From Octopus sinensis (Eukaryota), in NCBI RefSeq assembly GCF_006345805.1, contig NC_043011.1, positions 11,160,001 through 11,224,000 on the forward strand: DNA of 64,000 nt, written 5' to 3'. Under the pieces are notes generated by a model that saw nothing but the letters and a program-made list of their open reading frames with translations, was not told the DNA's origin and searched no databases. Of this stretch, positions 38,740 through 51,762 are shown piece after piece (the stretch's first letter is position 1; every line of letters starts with the position of its first letter). A program made the position numbers and the translations under genes.

Positions 38740-40385
38740 AGATGGCAAATACTCCATCTTGAAGTCGTAATTTAGTAGGATCGTTCACCAGTGCTGCAAT
38801 CTGTTGACTGTATGTGTGGTGATAACCTTTTTTGATCCATAGATAAATAATAATGGGCAGTGGTTTGTCTGCAAATGGAATCTTCTTCCATGTATAAATT
38901 TATGGAATTTTTTTACCGCAAATATAATGGCTAATGCTTCCTTCTCTCTTTGATTGTAACCTTTCTCAGCTGTCATTAAGGAATGCAAAGCATGAGCTAC
39001 AGGTTTCAGGCTACCGGCTTCATATTTGTGTAAAATCACAGCTCCGATACCACTGCTGCTGCTATTTCTAAATTCAGGTCTAAATGTGATAATGACAATT
39101 CCAACATTAAGATGTTTTTAATTTCTTCAAAAGCTTTTTGGCACTTGTCTAACATCTTTCTTTAACGACTTATTCAGGAGGGCTCTTAAATTATGCATAT
39201 TCAATATGTATTCCTGGTCGGAATTATTGAGTCCCAAAATGCTTGTAACATTGTAATGTTTGTCAGGAGAGGCATATTTTTTATTGCACTCCCCCTTCAT
39301 GTCTGGTCTGCATCCATTTTCATTGATAATCTGCCCTAGATATCTTATTCTTGGCATAAAAATTTCACACTTTTCCTTGCTGATTTCATAACTCTAATTT
39401 TTTATTTTTTTCAAGGACCTTTTTAACATGCTCAGCATGCTGACCATGAGATTCACTGTTTATGAGTATGTCATCAAAGTAAGCTATAGTGAAATCCAAA
39501 CCAGCGAGCATAGTGTCCATAACTTTTTGGTAAAAGCCTAGTGCTACCTTTATACCAAAAAGAAGTTGATTAAATTTATACAGTCCTTTATGGGTATTTA
39601 TTATTAATAATTTTGAACATTCTTCATCTATTTGTACCTGCAGGTATGCTGCAGATAAGTCCAACTTTGAAAAAAATTTTCCTCCATTCAACTTTGTGAA
39701 AATTTCTTTTGGACTTGGTAATGGGTCAACTCCATGTATGTGCTGATTTTTCAAAAGGATTAAATGAATGTTTGATGATTCATTTAATCCTTTTGAAAAA
39801 TCAGCACATACATGGAGTTTATTATTTTTTCTTGACATTTACTGATGGGAACACCCATTTAGCTTAATCAATTTTTTCAATAACCCAAAACTTTTCAAGT
39901 GTATCCAATTCTTTGTTGACTTGTTTCAATGCTGTGAAAGGTACAGTTCTTTTTGGTTTAAATAGCAGTATAGCGTTTTCTTTTACTTGAAACTTCACCT
40001 CTGTGTTGGTGCAAAGACCAAATTCATCAGAAAAAACTTAAGGAAAAATCTTTTTTAATCCTTTTTTAAATTCCTCTGACACCTTATTTGTATTGGTGGA
40101 AGAACCAGTCACATTTTTACAAAAGAAAAAAATTATGGGGAGGTCCCATAAATTAAATGATTCCATCTAGTATGTTCCGAATGAATTTTTCATATTATTC
40201 AGCACAAAAACTTTGGCTTTCAAGGTTTTTCCATAAAATGTAACATCAGTTATCATTTCACCCTTAAAATGTAATTTTTCTCCTGAAAAACCACATGCAA
40301 TTTTTGAAGTTTCTTTCAATCTAGGTTTCCTGATTCCCCCCGCCCCCATATGTGTTAATTATCATGATATCACTGCCTGTATCCA
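38740..40385 (-). mobile_element. Degenerate Gypsy protease/RT/RNase H fragment
   Basis: FSKLDLSAAYLQV; AYFDDILI; EKEALAIIFAVKKFHKFIHGRRF. Confidence 0.8.
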
Positions 40386-40404
40386 ACTGTAAATTGATAT
40401 TCTC

Positions 40405-41835
40405 ATTATTCATTTTTATGGACAAAATTTTCTTTTCTGAGCCTTGCTTAGTATTGTGAAATCCTGACACCCCTGCGGGACAGCAAGTGAACTAACCTTA
40501 TGAAGGTGCATGCGTACTGACAGTGTGAAGTACATTGTGGTATGTGCAGTCGCATTTGCAAAGGCAGTCGTTGAGAAGAGATATAAGTTTGTTACGGATT
40601 TAGTTTTTGTAGTGTTATAAAACAGTTACAGTGTAGTCTGTATCCAAACTCAAGGATATAAGACTGGCTACAAGACATTTGAAGCTCACTGTGGATGTTC
40701 TTAGCATGAAAGATCTATTAGCTTCCATGGTACAGTTACAATGGAAACTACAACAGCAACAAGAACAACAGAAACAGCAACTACAACAACAGCAAAATCA
40801 ACAGTTTTTGGGTCGATTGTTGCAGTCTAAAAACACTTCAGGTTCATTTTCAACAGACAGGGTTGCTAATTCAATTGAAGAATGTCAAAGGATTATTAAT
40901 TTACTAGCAGTATAGCCTGGCATTGCCCGGGATTAAGTTAGGATTATTAAATGATCAAGTGCTTTATTTCAAGCCAAAATTAGTGACACCGACATGAAAT
41001 TTGAGCGAAATCCGTTGAAATTGGTAAACGTTTGGCTGAAGATGGGTTGCAGGCAATTTGGTTGGGATATCCCATAAGGAATTGGTTTATCAATTATTTC
41101 CACTAATCGATTGTTTTTTTTTTTTTGAGAACTTAAAGCATTCAAAGATCTCCTAAGTAATGCTGGCATCAAGTTTTAGCAAAATATGTCAAAATTGGTA
41201 AAAGTTATGGTTGAAAATGGGGTGTAGCCATTTTTAGTGGGAAATCCTATAAGGAATCGGTTTATCAATTTTTTATCCTGATTGAATGGGAACTGCGCTG
41301 ACTTTTCAACAGGCTTGAATGAATGCTGGATGACATACAATTACCCTTTACCAAGTCTGGAGGAAAGTTTTGCGAAACTCATAGAGGAAAATGTTGGAGG
41401 CATATTTACAGTTACAGGTCAAGGAGGAATGTTTGAAATTATTAACAATAAACACCCATATTTGGGATAAAGGTGGTGCCTAGTATTTTCCAACAGGTGA
41501 TGGATACTATGCTTGCAGATACGGATTTCACTATAGCTCACTTGGATAACATACTCATAAGAAATGAGTCTTGAGGCCAGCATGAGTACCATGTTAAAAA
41601 AGGCCTTGAAAGAATAAAGGAGTATAGATATAAACTTAGTGTGGAAAAATGCAAAGTTTTCGTGTCAGAAATAAAATATCTAGGGCAAGTTATCAATGAA
41701 AATGGTCGCAGACCAGATCCTTCAAGATCTTTGCAACAAAAAAATATGCCTCCCCTGAAAAATATTACAATGTTACAAGTGTTCTTGGGGCTCGCAAGCT
41801 ATTACCAAATATATATACCTTCTCTTCAGTTTTAG
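40405..41835 (+). mobile_element. Gypsy LTR/gag and RT remnants interrupted by a Helitron-like piece
   Basis: Q-rich gag start (40679-40915) like that at 19297; RT fragments CADFSTGLNEC and KYLGQVINENGRRPDP. Confidence 0.6.
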
Positions 41836-42307
41836 AATGTTTCAAAGAGTGGTGCATTTAATTTTATACATAGAGAAAGAATATTCTAAATTCTTGAAAA
41901 ATATGGCATACCACCTTTAAAAGTAAATGCAATTAAACTAATCTCCAAAACACAAGTCCAGGTGTGAAATCTCTTTTCAGTATTTTTGCTGATGTATTTC
42001 AAGGTGATACATTTTTCTTCATTCTTGTTTTGGAGTTTTCATTGAAAGAAGCATTCAAAATGTCTGATAGTGATTGTGGGATTGTTATAGAACCCAAGAA
42101 GGGGACATGGTATCCAGAGATACAATTCAATGATTTGGCTTATGCTGATGACATCACATTGCATTTAACTGAAAATTTGTTTTATTGTATTGAACATGCA
42201 ACGAATCTAGTTGGTTTACATTTTAATGCTAGAAAATAGAAATTGTAACAGGTGACTATCAAGTAAAATCTTTAACTGGTCAAATTATTAAATGGGTGGA
42301 GCAATTT

Positions 42308-42719
42308 GGATCTTTTCGGTTTGAACGGCAGTTTTTTCTAGCGGTGTCATATGAAATTGTCTCCCATAATTATGACCCTAGTATCGATCTATTGCATTTC
42401 AATCTGTTTTAGGGTTAGGGGTGGGGGGAAGGGTATCTTTTTTTCTTCTCAAATGTAAATAAACCCAATCTGTTTCTTAAACGAGGGTCATATTCATATG
42501 GCACAGAATGTTTTTTACCTCAATAGACGTATTTGATTGGTTGAAATTGCAGAAATTGAAGAAAAAAAAACAACAAATATCTTACAAACCATAGAATTTT
42601 CTCAATAAAGCCAAGAGAAAAAGATGTTTTATAAACACATTCTACCAGTATATGAAGTTTAACATTTTTTAGTTACCTAGAAATTATGTTAAAAACTGCC
42701 GTTCAAACCGAAAAGATCC
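42308..42719. mobile_element. Merlin-like MITE, copy 2
   Basis: 29-bp TIR GGATCTTTTCGGTTTGAACGGCAGTTTTT; TSD AGCAATTT. Confidence 0.85.
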
Positions 42720-43089
42720 AGCAATTTTAGCTTTTGAGAAGAATTTTTAACATCAGCTGGAGAGAGATCATATAACAAACCGAGAGCTATACTAAGACCT
42801 GCTTCAGTTGTCGGACTCTATTCAGCAGAGATTACACTTTGCTAGCCATTGCCACAGAACAGGAGAATGACCTGTTTATAACTTTTATTTTGCTCAATAT
42901 CTGGAGGTAAATTATGCAGAGGAGAAATGATGGAGATCTTTCTAAAAATGCTCAGAAAGTTATAATGGTATTAACTCTGGTTCTGAAATCAAAATCTTGA
43001 CAAAGGACTAAGACAGTTGGAAGCTGAGAGTGAAGGATGCCATAGTTTTGTCTGTGGATGACATGATGATGATGATGATATATACACAC

Positions 43090-43375
43090 GTGGAGGCGCA
43101 ATGGCCCAATGGTTAGGGCAGTGGACTCGCGGTTTCGATTCCCAGACCGGGCGTTGTGAGTGTTTATTGAGCGAAAACACCTAAAAGCTCCACGAGGCTC
43201 CGGCAGGGGGTGGTGATCCCTGCTGTACACTTTCACCACTCTTTCTCCCACTCTTTCTTCTGTTGGCCTGCTCGCTTAGCCAGCGGGGTGGCGTCATTCG
43301 AAGGCTAAAACAATGCGAACGCATTGTGACCAGCGATGTGTAACTACATCTGATGGACTGGTCGGTCACGTGATA
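43090..43375 (+). mobile_element. Second tRNA-derived SINE family
   Basis: Head GGAGGCGCAATGGCCCAATGGTTAGGGC...GGTTTCGATTCCC; other copies at ~44685-44990 (-) and ~54913-55192 (+). Confidence 0.85.
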
Positions 43376-43397
43376 CACACACACACACATACACACA

Positions 43398-43727
43398 ACT
43401 TGCTTCCCAACAACATGGTTCTGGGTTCACTCCCATTGCGTGGCACCTTGGGCAAATGTCTTCTATAGCTTAGGGTTTGTGAGTGGAATGTGAAAAGAAG
43501 CCCATTGTATGTGTGTGTGTGTATGTTTGTATTTGTGTGTGTGTCTGTGTTTGTCCACTTGACAATTGATGCAGGTGTATTTACCTCCCCGTAACTTAGC
43601 AGTTCAGCAAAAGAGACCAACAGAATAAGTACTAGGCTTACAAAGAATAAGTCCTGAGGTCGATTTGTTCAACTAAACGCGGTGCTCCAGCATGGCTGCA
43701 GTTAAATGACTAAAACAAGTGAAAGAA
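43398..43727 (+). mobile_element. Major SINE copy, diverged
   Basis: Head truncated; tail intact. Confidence 0.8.
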
Positions 43728-44180
43728 TGTATGTGACAGTATATGCACTATATGTGCAACAAATTACCGTTGCAGCTAGTCAAGGAACCAAAACAAAGAA
43801 ATAAGATTACAGCGATACAGGAATGATAGACATAAGAGAATATCTAGTGTGATACATATTGAGAGTTATAAAACACAACAAAATAAAAGCCTAAAACGAG
43901 GAAAGGAGTTGACATGGCATTTGCTGGTCATGGCTAGTTACAGAGGTATGTTGTCAAGGGGGCTTAGTTGAAGCAGATAGGAATACTCTCACACACATAA
44001 ACATACATAGACACCTATAATTATATATATATATATATATATAAGTTCAGCAAAATTTAGATTCAAATGAATATGGTACTTAAGTTAGATGCACCAGAAT
44101 TTTGTATGGTGTTATCCATATAAATCCATGGGGTGATTAATTAATATGAAAATTATGTATTAATGGAAAACCTCTATAAA

Positions 44181-44260
44181 TGGCTGATGATTGCTCAACA
44201 TTTTAAAACTGTTGTAATACAATATTTAATAAAATGATGTAGCGTGAAACGATCGTACCA
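44181..44260 (+). ncRNA. Type I hammerhead-like motif, probably partly decayed
   Basis: TGG-CTGATGA-(extended stem II)-GAAA-CGATCGTA-CCA; palindromic ACGATCGT and GUA triplet. Stem I is only 3 bp and stem II closure is imperfect. Confidence 0.55.
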
Positions 44261-44292
44261 AATTACCAAAGTTATTTTTGTTGCTTATTTTG

Positions 44293-44355
<63 letters not shown>

Positions 44356-44371
44356 TATGGCAGCAAGCTGG

Positions 44372-44570
44372 CAAAAATGTTAGCGCGCTGGGCGAAATGC
44401 TTAGCGGTATTTCATCTGTCGTTATGTTCCGAGTTCAAATTCCGCTGAGGTCGACTTTGCCTTTCATCCTTTCGGGGTCGATAAATAAAGTACCAGTTAC
44501 TGGGGTCGATGTAATCGACTTAATCCCTTTGACTGTCCTTGTTTGTCCCCTCTATGTTTAGCCCCTTATG
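44372..44570 (+). mobile_element. CORE-like SINE
   Basis: Central GCCTTTCATCCTTTCGGGGTCGATAAATAAAGTACC resembles the CORE domain; partial reverse copy at ~12052-12205. Confidence 0.7.
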
Positions 44571-45298
44571 AAATATATATATATAGAGAGAGAGTAGTGG
44601 TACAACAAAGCACTAATGTCTAGTGGAAATAGCAGTTGATACATTTACGAAGCTTCAATGTATATACACACATACATATATATATCACCGTGACCGACCA
44701 GGCTATCAGATGTTGCTACACATCGCTGATCACAATGTGCTTCGCATTGTTTTAGCCTTCGAATGATGCCACCCCGCTGGCTAAGCAAGCAGGCCAAGAG
44801 AAGAAAGAGTGAGAGAAAGTTGTAGCGAAAGAGTACAGCAGGGATCGCTACCACCCCCTGCCGGAGCTTCGTGGAGCTTTTAGGTGTTTTCGCTCAATAA
44901 ACACTCACAACGCCTGGTCTGGGAATTGAAACCGCGATCCTACAACCGCGAGTTCGCTGCCCTAACCACTGGGCCATTGCACTTCCACCATATATATATA
45001 TATATATATTCGTAATAATGAAGGGTGAAATTAATTAATTTGGAATAATTATCAATTACACCAAGTGGTCTTCGGCATGTAAAAGCCTCATTCGAGGAAA
45101 ATTTAAGTAATACTAAGCAATAAAGGGTTTAGCAACGAATTGCCTTACCACATACCGAATTTAGAAATAGCAGTCAAAGAGTTATAGCTATTTCTTCTAC
45201 TAAAAAGGGAGATCTCAGTAAAAACAGCAATTGGAAGGCAGACACAAACAGGTAAGAGAGAATGAATTGACGGCAATCTATCATACAATTTTAAGTTA

Positions 45299-45399
45299 TC
45301 TACGGACGTACGTTTCGAAATCAAGTTTTTAGGAAAGCATAAGAATTAAATATTAAATAATTCTATCTTACCAAAAACTTCTTTTCTCTTCAGCGTAGA
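45299..45399 (-). ncRNA. Type I hammerhead ribozyme, canonical core, extended stem II
   Basis: Minus strand reads TCTACG-CTGAAGA-GAAA...TTTC-GAAA-CGTACGTC-CGTAGA: 6-bp stem I, palindromic stem III (ACGTACGT), GUC cleavage triplet. Confidence 0.85.
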
Positions 45400-45568
45400 A
45401 TACTATAATCATAAATGATTATATATTGAATTTTGAGATACTAGAAGGCACCAACTCAACTCAGTATCAGAGCGAGCTAGAATCCGCAACTAGTATCACC
45501 AAATTCAATGCGTGAATGAAAAGATTGTGTCACCAGCCCCTTCCCACCCGCGTATATATACGTGTGTG

Positions 45569-45626
<58 letters not shown>

Positions 45627-46811
45627 CATAAACTCACACTTATACACAAACACACTCACTCTCATATCTATGCACATACACACAGTTATGCACCCAAACA
45701 CACTCACACACATACTTGTAATCAACTTTCCCCCTTCCCTGAAGTGACTGGCTTCATGCCAAAATTTAAAAACCATTATTGTTGTTGTTGTTGTTTTCAG
45801 AAACAATTCTAATGGAATAAACAAAATACCAACAATGTGGTCCTTTGCTTTCTTATTTCTTATTTGTGTGTCTCTCCTTACTAACGATCAGCCATTTTGT
45901 ATTTTGTATTCCTGTTGTATGTGTCTTTATTTGGACATGCGTATACCCCTATGTGTATCTATGTTTAGTAAGTAAGTACATGTGTATGTGTGTTTTTTTT
46001 TGGGGGGGGGGAATGCTTGTATTATCTGTATCCCCTGCTTATACACATTTGTGTAATTTGTTTTTATTTATTTCGTTCATGTGTTTATTGGCTAAACTGG
46101 CAACATGACCATCCCTAAATACAACAACATCTGTTTCAACACAGAATTTCACATCAAGAATCTTGCAAAACAAATATATAAACACACACACACATATATA
46201 ATGTATGTATACAGACACATGCACATATATATAAAGACTTAAAATTTGTGTGCCTGACTAAAAAAAATAACATATATAGAACAAAATGTGTATTTGGTGT
46301 ATGTTTTCCAAATTCTATTTTTCTGGGTAAACACTATTTTTTGTGAGCTAAGGGATAAAATATGCTTTCCAACCATATGATCTTGGGTTCAGTTTCACCA
46401 TATGGCACCTTGGCAAATATCTTCTACTACAGGCCCAGATTGACTATAGACTTGTGAAAAAATTTGATAGACAGGAACTGATAGAAGCTCATCATGTATA
46501 TATATATATATATAAGTTTGCAGAGTTAGCAGTTATAGTAACTTACTAAGAGATAAAATATCTGTATTTACTATCGGTATCAGTAGCATTGTATAGTGTT
46601 CTTTTACTTGTACTTTCCCCAAAAGTATGCCTTGTACTTACTTCACAGGTTATTACTGTTAGAGTCAGGTATCAATCATCCTTTCTTTGATATAGATATT
46701 TTGCCAGCCTGTACCTAAACTTGAGCATATGAGACTAATGAATTTTTTTCATGCTAACGATTTAGTTATCTTTGCTTCTTGTATTTCCTTATTTTATTTT
46801 CTTATTTTCAG

Positions 46812-46918
46812 TGAAGAAAATGTTGATAATGGTAAATCATTGTTTTGCCAGGCTCGGTCAGTTGCTCGCAAATTTGCTATTGCCCACATATATGCTGCTG
46901 AATTTGAACTTAAGTACG
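46812..46918 (+). CDS. TTK: TTK/Mps1 coding exon 4 (SEENVDNGKSLFCQARSVARKFAIAHIYAAEFELKYG)
   Basis: TTTTCAG acceptor and GTAAGC donor. Clear match to human [23 protein letters not shown]. Confidence 0.92.
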
Positions 46919-47089
46919 GTAAGCTGTGTTTTAATTTTTTTGTGGTTGAGAAGCTTGCTTCCCAGCCATGTTGTTTTGGGTTTGGTTCCTCTGTGTTGTA
47001 CCTTGGGCAAGTGCCTTCTACTACAGCCTCAGCCTCATGAGTGAGTTTGATAGGCATAAATTTAAAGAAAGCATGGAGAAGTGGAAGTT

Positions 47090-47470
47090 AAAAAATAATG
47101 ATGATGATGACGTAAAAAGCATGTAAAAAGCACCATCTGGTCATGGCCGTTTGCCAGCCTCGTCTGGCACGTAAAAAGCACCATCAGATCATGGCCGTTG
47201 CCAGCCTCGTCTGGCACCTGTGCCGGTGGCATGTAAAAAGCACCATCCGATCGTGGCCGTTGCCAGCCTTGCCTGGCCTCCATGCCGGTGGCACGTAAAA
47301 AGCACCCACTACACTCACGGAGTGGTTGGCGTTAGGACGGGCATCCAGCCGTAGAAACATCGCCAGATCAGACTGGGCCTGGTGCAGCCTTCTGGCTTCC
47401 CAGACCCCAGTTGAACTGTCCAACCCATGCTAGCCTGGAAAGCGGACGCTAAATGATGATGATGATGATA
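47090..47470 (+). mobile_element. RTE 3' UTR copy
   Basis: Hairpin units plus terminal segment and (GAT)n. Confidence 0.8.
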
Positions 47471-47659
47471 TCTGGATCATATACTCCTTAAAAGTGAATC
47501 CTGGGACCAACATGTAGAGCATGTAAAATATGTGTTCGAAAAAATTAGGGATTACAGCTTTCCCCTGAGTGAGGAAAAGTGAATTTTTCTCACTGAAAAT
47601 AAAATACTTAGGACAAATCATTGACAGAAATGGAAATCGATCAGATCTGTCAAGGGCAG

Positions 47660-48075
47660 ATGCTGTGTGTGGGCAGGCATTATCATGATACAGATTGACT
47701 CCTTTTTTGTTGACTAAGGATGGGCAATTTTTGTTGAAAGATGCTTTCAAATGATGGAATTAATTGCAATAGAGATTGGTGTTGATTGTTTTGCAGTTCA
47801 TAATGGATAATTCCTTGAATAGCCCACCATACACTCAACATAGTCTTCTTTGGATGAAGTAATCCTCTTGGTTGCCGAGCAGGTATGCTTCGTTAGCCAA
47901 TCTATTATTAAGAATGTTTAATGTTATGATAAAGGATCCACTTCTCATCACCAGAAACAAGCCTATCCCAAAATGGCATCTGACATTGTGTAAACAATGA
48001 CACACTACATGCGACACGTTGCAGATTTTCTGGAGAGTCATGCAGGACACATTTTCCAAATGTTGAAATTTTTTC
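47660..48075 (-). mobile_element. Mariner fragment
   Basis: LVNKKGVNLYHDNACPH; DHYNIKHS-type frame. Confidence 0.65.
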
Positions 48076-48166
48076 AATTTTTTTCAGTTCATGTACGATA
48101 GTTGTTTGGTTTATTTTAAATTTCTCAGCTAGTTCCCCAGCGCTAATGCCAGGATTTGTCTTTTAA

Positions 48167-48386
48167 CCCTTTCGTTACTGTATTTATTTTGAGATGCTCT
48201 GTGTTTCTTTCAATTTCTTTAAATATCACAAAGAATTTAGTAAAATAACTTAGTTATCATTCAGCTAGTGTTAGGAACATAAATTGTGATTAAGGTTTGG
48301 TGGAAGATTTTAATTCAGAACTTATGAAAATAAGACATTTGTACTCAGAGCCAGAGCCGGTTTCAGCCGGGTTGGTAATGAAAGGG
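48167..48386. mobile_element. piggyBac-type MITE
   Basis: TTAA|CCCTTTC...GAAAGGG|TTAA; a partial reverse-oriented relative lies at ~61051-61256. Confidence 0.85.
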
Positions 48387-48699
48387 TTAAGGAGCAATTG
48401 TCTGTTTACTTTATTAGAACTGGATATCCTTCCCACTACTAATCATTCAACTTTAAAATTAGGCAATGAAATCTGTTTTGTCATTTGAACACACTGGAAT
48501 AAGTAAAATTATGTGCCTTACTTTGGATTACAGCAGGTTGACTGCAAATAGCAGCAAACTGCTGTAGTTTTTTACAGCTCTTGGGTTTTGAAGTAGTAAC
48601 ATTTCTGAGAATTGTTGAGTATGGATGTTGTTTAACTTCCAGTGATCAGATGAGAAAATATGTTTTGAATGTGACATGGCAGTAATCAATTTATGAATT

Positions 48700-49064
48700 T
48701 ACTCTTTACTTGTTTCAGTCATTTGACTGTGGCCATGCTGGAGCACCACCTTTTTAGTTGAGCAAATCGACCCCAGGACTTATTCTTTGTAAGCCTAGTA
48801 CTTATTCTATCGGTCTCTTTTGCTGAACCGCTAAGTTACGGGGACGTAAACACACCAGCATTGGTTGTCAAGCGATGTTGGGACATACACATACATATAT
48901 ATATATACGACGGGCTTCTTTCAGTTTCCGTCTACCAAATCCACTCACGAGGCTTTGATCAGCCCGAGGCTATAGTAGAAGACACTTGCCAAAGGTGCCA
49001 CGCAGTGGGACTGAACCCGGAACCATGTGGTTTGTAAGCAAGCTACTTACCACACAGCCACTCC
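48700..49064 (-). mobile_element. Major SINE copy
   Basis: Full structure. Confidence 0.9.
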
Positions 49065-49663
49065 AACCAATTTGTTTGGTTATTTAATTTTTTTGTACCA
49101 TTTTGGCTTTGTCAAAAATATGAATTGGCATCTGATGCTTGCTTTCTTTTGCTCTAAAATTGGTCAGCTTAATTTTTATATGTGCCTTAGTTAACCTATT
49201 TTTGTTTATGCTCTTCAGAAAAGCATGAACATTACAACTTCTCCTTAGCCGATGTAATTATTTATTAAACATTGTATTAATTTCCAGAATAAGAACCCGT
49301 CTCTGAATCATTTTAGTATATTTTTTATATATATAAAAGTGAGAATATGTGTTTGTCTGTATGTGTGCATCACTAGAACTCAAGAACTACCCAACCAATT
49401 TCATTCAAATTTTACACATGCCTTGCTTAGGGTCCATGCAGTGTCATGGGCTCCAACTTCTTGCTTAATGCGAGCGCGGAGCAATCTCTTATCTTTTACA
49501 CTATTTCAGTATTACGTGTCAGAAATGAAACAATAGCAGCTCTATTGTAATGTGAGATAATACGTTCAGTTTTAATAGTTTCACTCTTAATACTGAAACT
49601 ATTGTCTCACATATATACATGCATACATATATATGTGTGTGTGTATCTGTACATATATACATT

Positions 49664-49703
<40 letters not shown>

Positions 49704-49729
49704 TTTATGTATATATATATATGTATGTA

Positions 49730-49760
<31 letters not shown>

Positions 49761-49762
49761 AT

Positions 49763-51170
49763 GATTGATTTGATTTGATTTTGATTTTTCCAGTTTCAGC
49801 TAATGAGCTGTGGCCATGCTGGGGCACCGCCATTTGGTTTGCTACATGGGTTTACCTCACGGATGCTTTTTAGCAAACGCCATCTGATGCATGAGAGAGT
49901 TCGATGCAGCTGCCCTCATCTGCACCTCCTGCCGTGAAGTTGGTTCATCCGGGACACCTGACAGGAAGAGATCCAGTCCTACTTTAAAGACATCCGCATC
50001 TACACCATGCAGGTCCCTCAGGTTCTTCGGGAGACATTGAAGAGCCGTGGGCCTCTGAAGCCCAGGCTATCACAATATCTGTCCTACATCTTGATGGCAA
50101 ATTTGGAGTCCTGGTACTACTAATGGCGTCCGATTCTGGCGTTTGTGTGACTCTCGATGCCAAAGTCTGGGACAAGACCTTCCAGGATCTTCCAGATATA
50201 TATTATGGCATATCTTTCTCGCCTACGCTCCAGGGAATAGAGCTTTAATCTCTTGAGTCTCTCCCAGTAGCTCGTATGCTGCACAGAGGCTATCTTCTTC
50301 GTGTAGCTTCGTTGGATCGCCTCAAGTTCTGTGATCAACTTGACACTGGATGGTGACCATAGCTGAGAGCAATAGTCAAAGTGACTTAGGACAAGTGTCT
50401 TCCAGAGGACCATCATGGTTTCTTGTTCTCTTGTTCTAAAGGTTCTAAGAATCCATCCAGCCAGCGTCTGCATTTCATTGTCAGTTTAGCAACATGTACA
50501 TGAAAGGTCGCGTCATCACTCATGTGAATACCCAGGTCACGCACTGATTGTGCCTCTGGGATTGCAATCCCTCCGGGTCCAGTGTATTCATTGGGTATTG
50601 CATTCAGTTTTGCATGCTGATAGTATAAAGCTTGAAACTTTTCAGCATTGAACTGCTGCTATTCTTTTCAGCGCACTTGTATATTTCGTCCAGCTCACAT
50701 TGCAGGTGCTTAGTGTCTTCAGGGTTCTGTATTGCCTGTGAAACTTTTGTATCATCTGCATAACTTGTGATCGTGGCTCTCCGCGTGCTGAGGGCATGTC
50801 TGAGAGGGCCATTATGAACAGTAGTGGTCCAGAACAGTGCCCTGCGGAACACCGCTCACTATTTGTGTGTTAATGGAGGTGGCCCCATTGGCTACTACCA
50901 CCTGACTTCTATCCTTCAGAAAGTCATGAAGCCATTCTCCCAGTTTCCAACTATGTTGAGATCACGCAGTTTGTGACATATCATTCCATGATCGACTTTA
51001 TCAAAGGCCTTTGCAAAGTCGAGATATATGACTTCCACATTTGAGTGGTTGAGCAGCCGTTTCAGCACCCAGTCATAGTGTTGTAGGAGCTGAGTTAAAC
51101 AGCTTCTCCCTGGTCGGAAACCATGTTGGGTGTCGGGCAGCAAGTCATTCTCGTCAAGGAAGGTGATCAG
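49763..51170 (-). mobile_element. 5'-truncated CR1/L2-type LINE (RT and 3' UTR)
   Basis: QHGFRPGRSCLTQLL, YLDFAKAFDKVDH, SYADDTK, LERRRER; 3' end with (AAATC)n tail. Confidence 0.9.
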
Positions 51171-51209
51171 TATATATATGTATATATATATGATATATGT
51201 ATATATATG

Positions 51210-51240
<31 letters not shown>

Positions 51241-51251
51241 GTATATATATA

Positions 51252-51293
<42 letters not shown>

Positions 51294-51334
51294 GTATATA
51301 TGTATATATATATATATATATATGTATATATAGG

Positions 51335-51366
<32 letters not shown>

Positions 51367-51378
51367 TGTATATATAGG

Positions 51379-51435
<57 letters not shown>

Positions 51436-51563
51436 GTATATATTGTATATATATATGTATATATGTATATATATGTATATATGTATATATATATGTATAT
51501 ATGTATATATGTATGTATATATGTATATATGTATATATATATGTATATATGTATATATATATG

Positions 51564-51594
<31 letters not shown>

Positions 51595-51607
51595 GTATAT
51601 ATATATG

Positions 51608-51663
<56 letters not shown>

Positions 51664-51665
51664 TG
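51171..51665. repeat. (TA)n/(TATG)n compound microsatellite, ~500 bp
   Basis: Seen directly. Confidence 0.95.
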
Positions 51666-51762
51666 TAATTTTAATCCAAAAGGGAAACAAAAAAACAACA
51701 ACAACAGGAACAATTACAGTATTATTATAATAGGCGCTCAGGAGATGGAAGCAGGGAGGTAT

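Noticed and set aside
45055-45100. Second hammerhead on the minus strand (CGAATGA-GGC...GCC-GAAG)
   Set aside because: The core deviates at several invariant positions and there is no convincing stem I.
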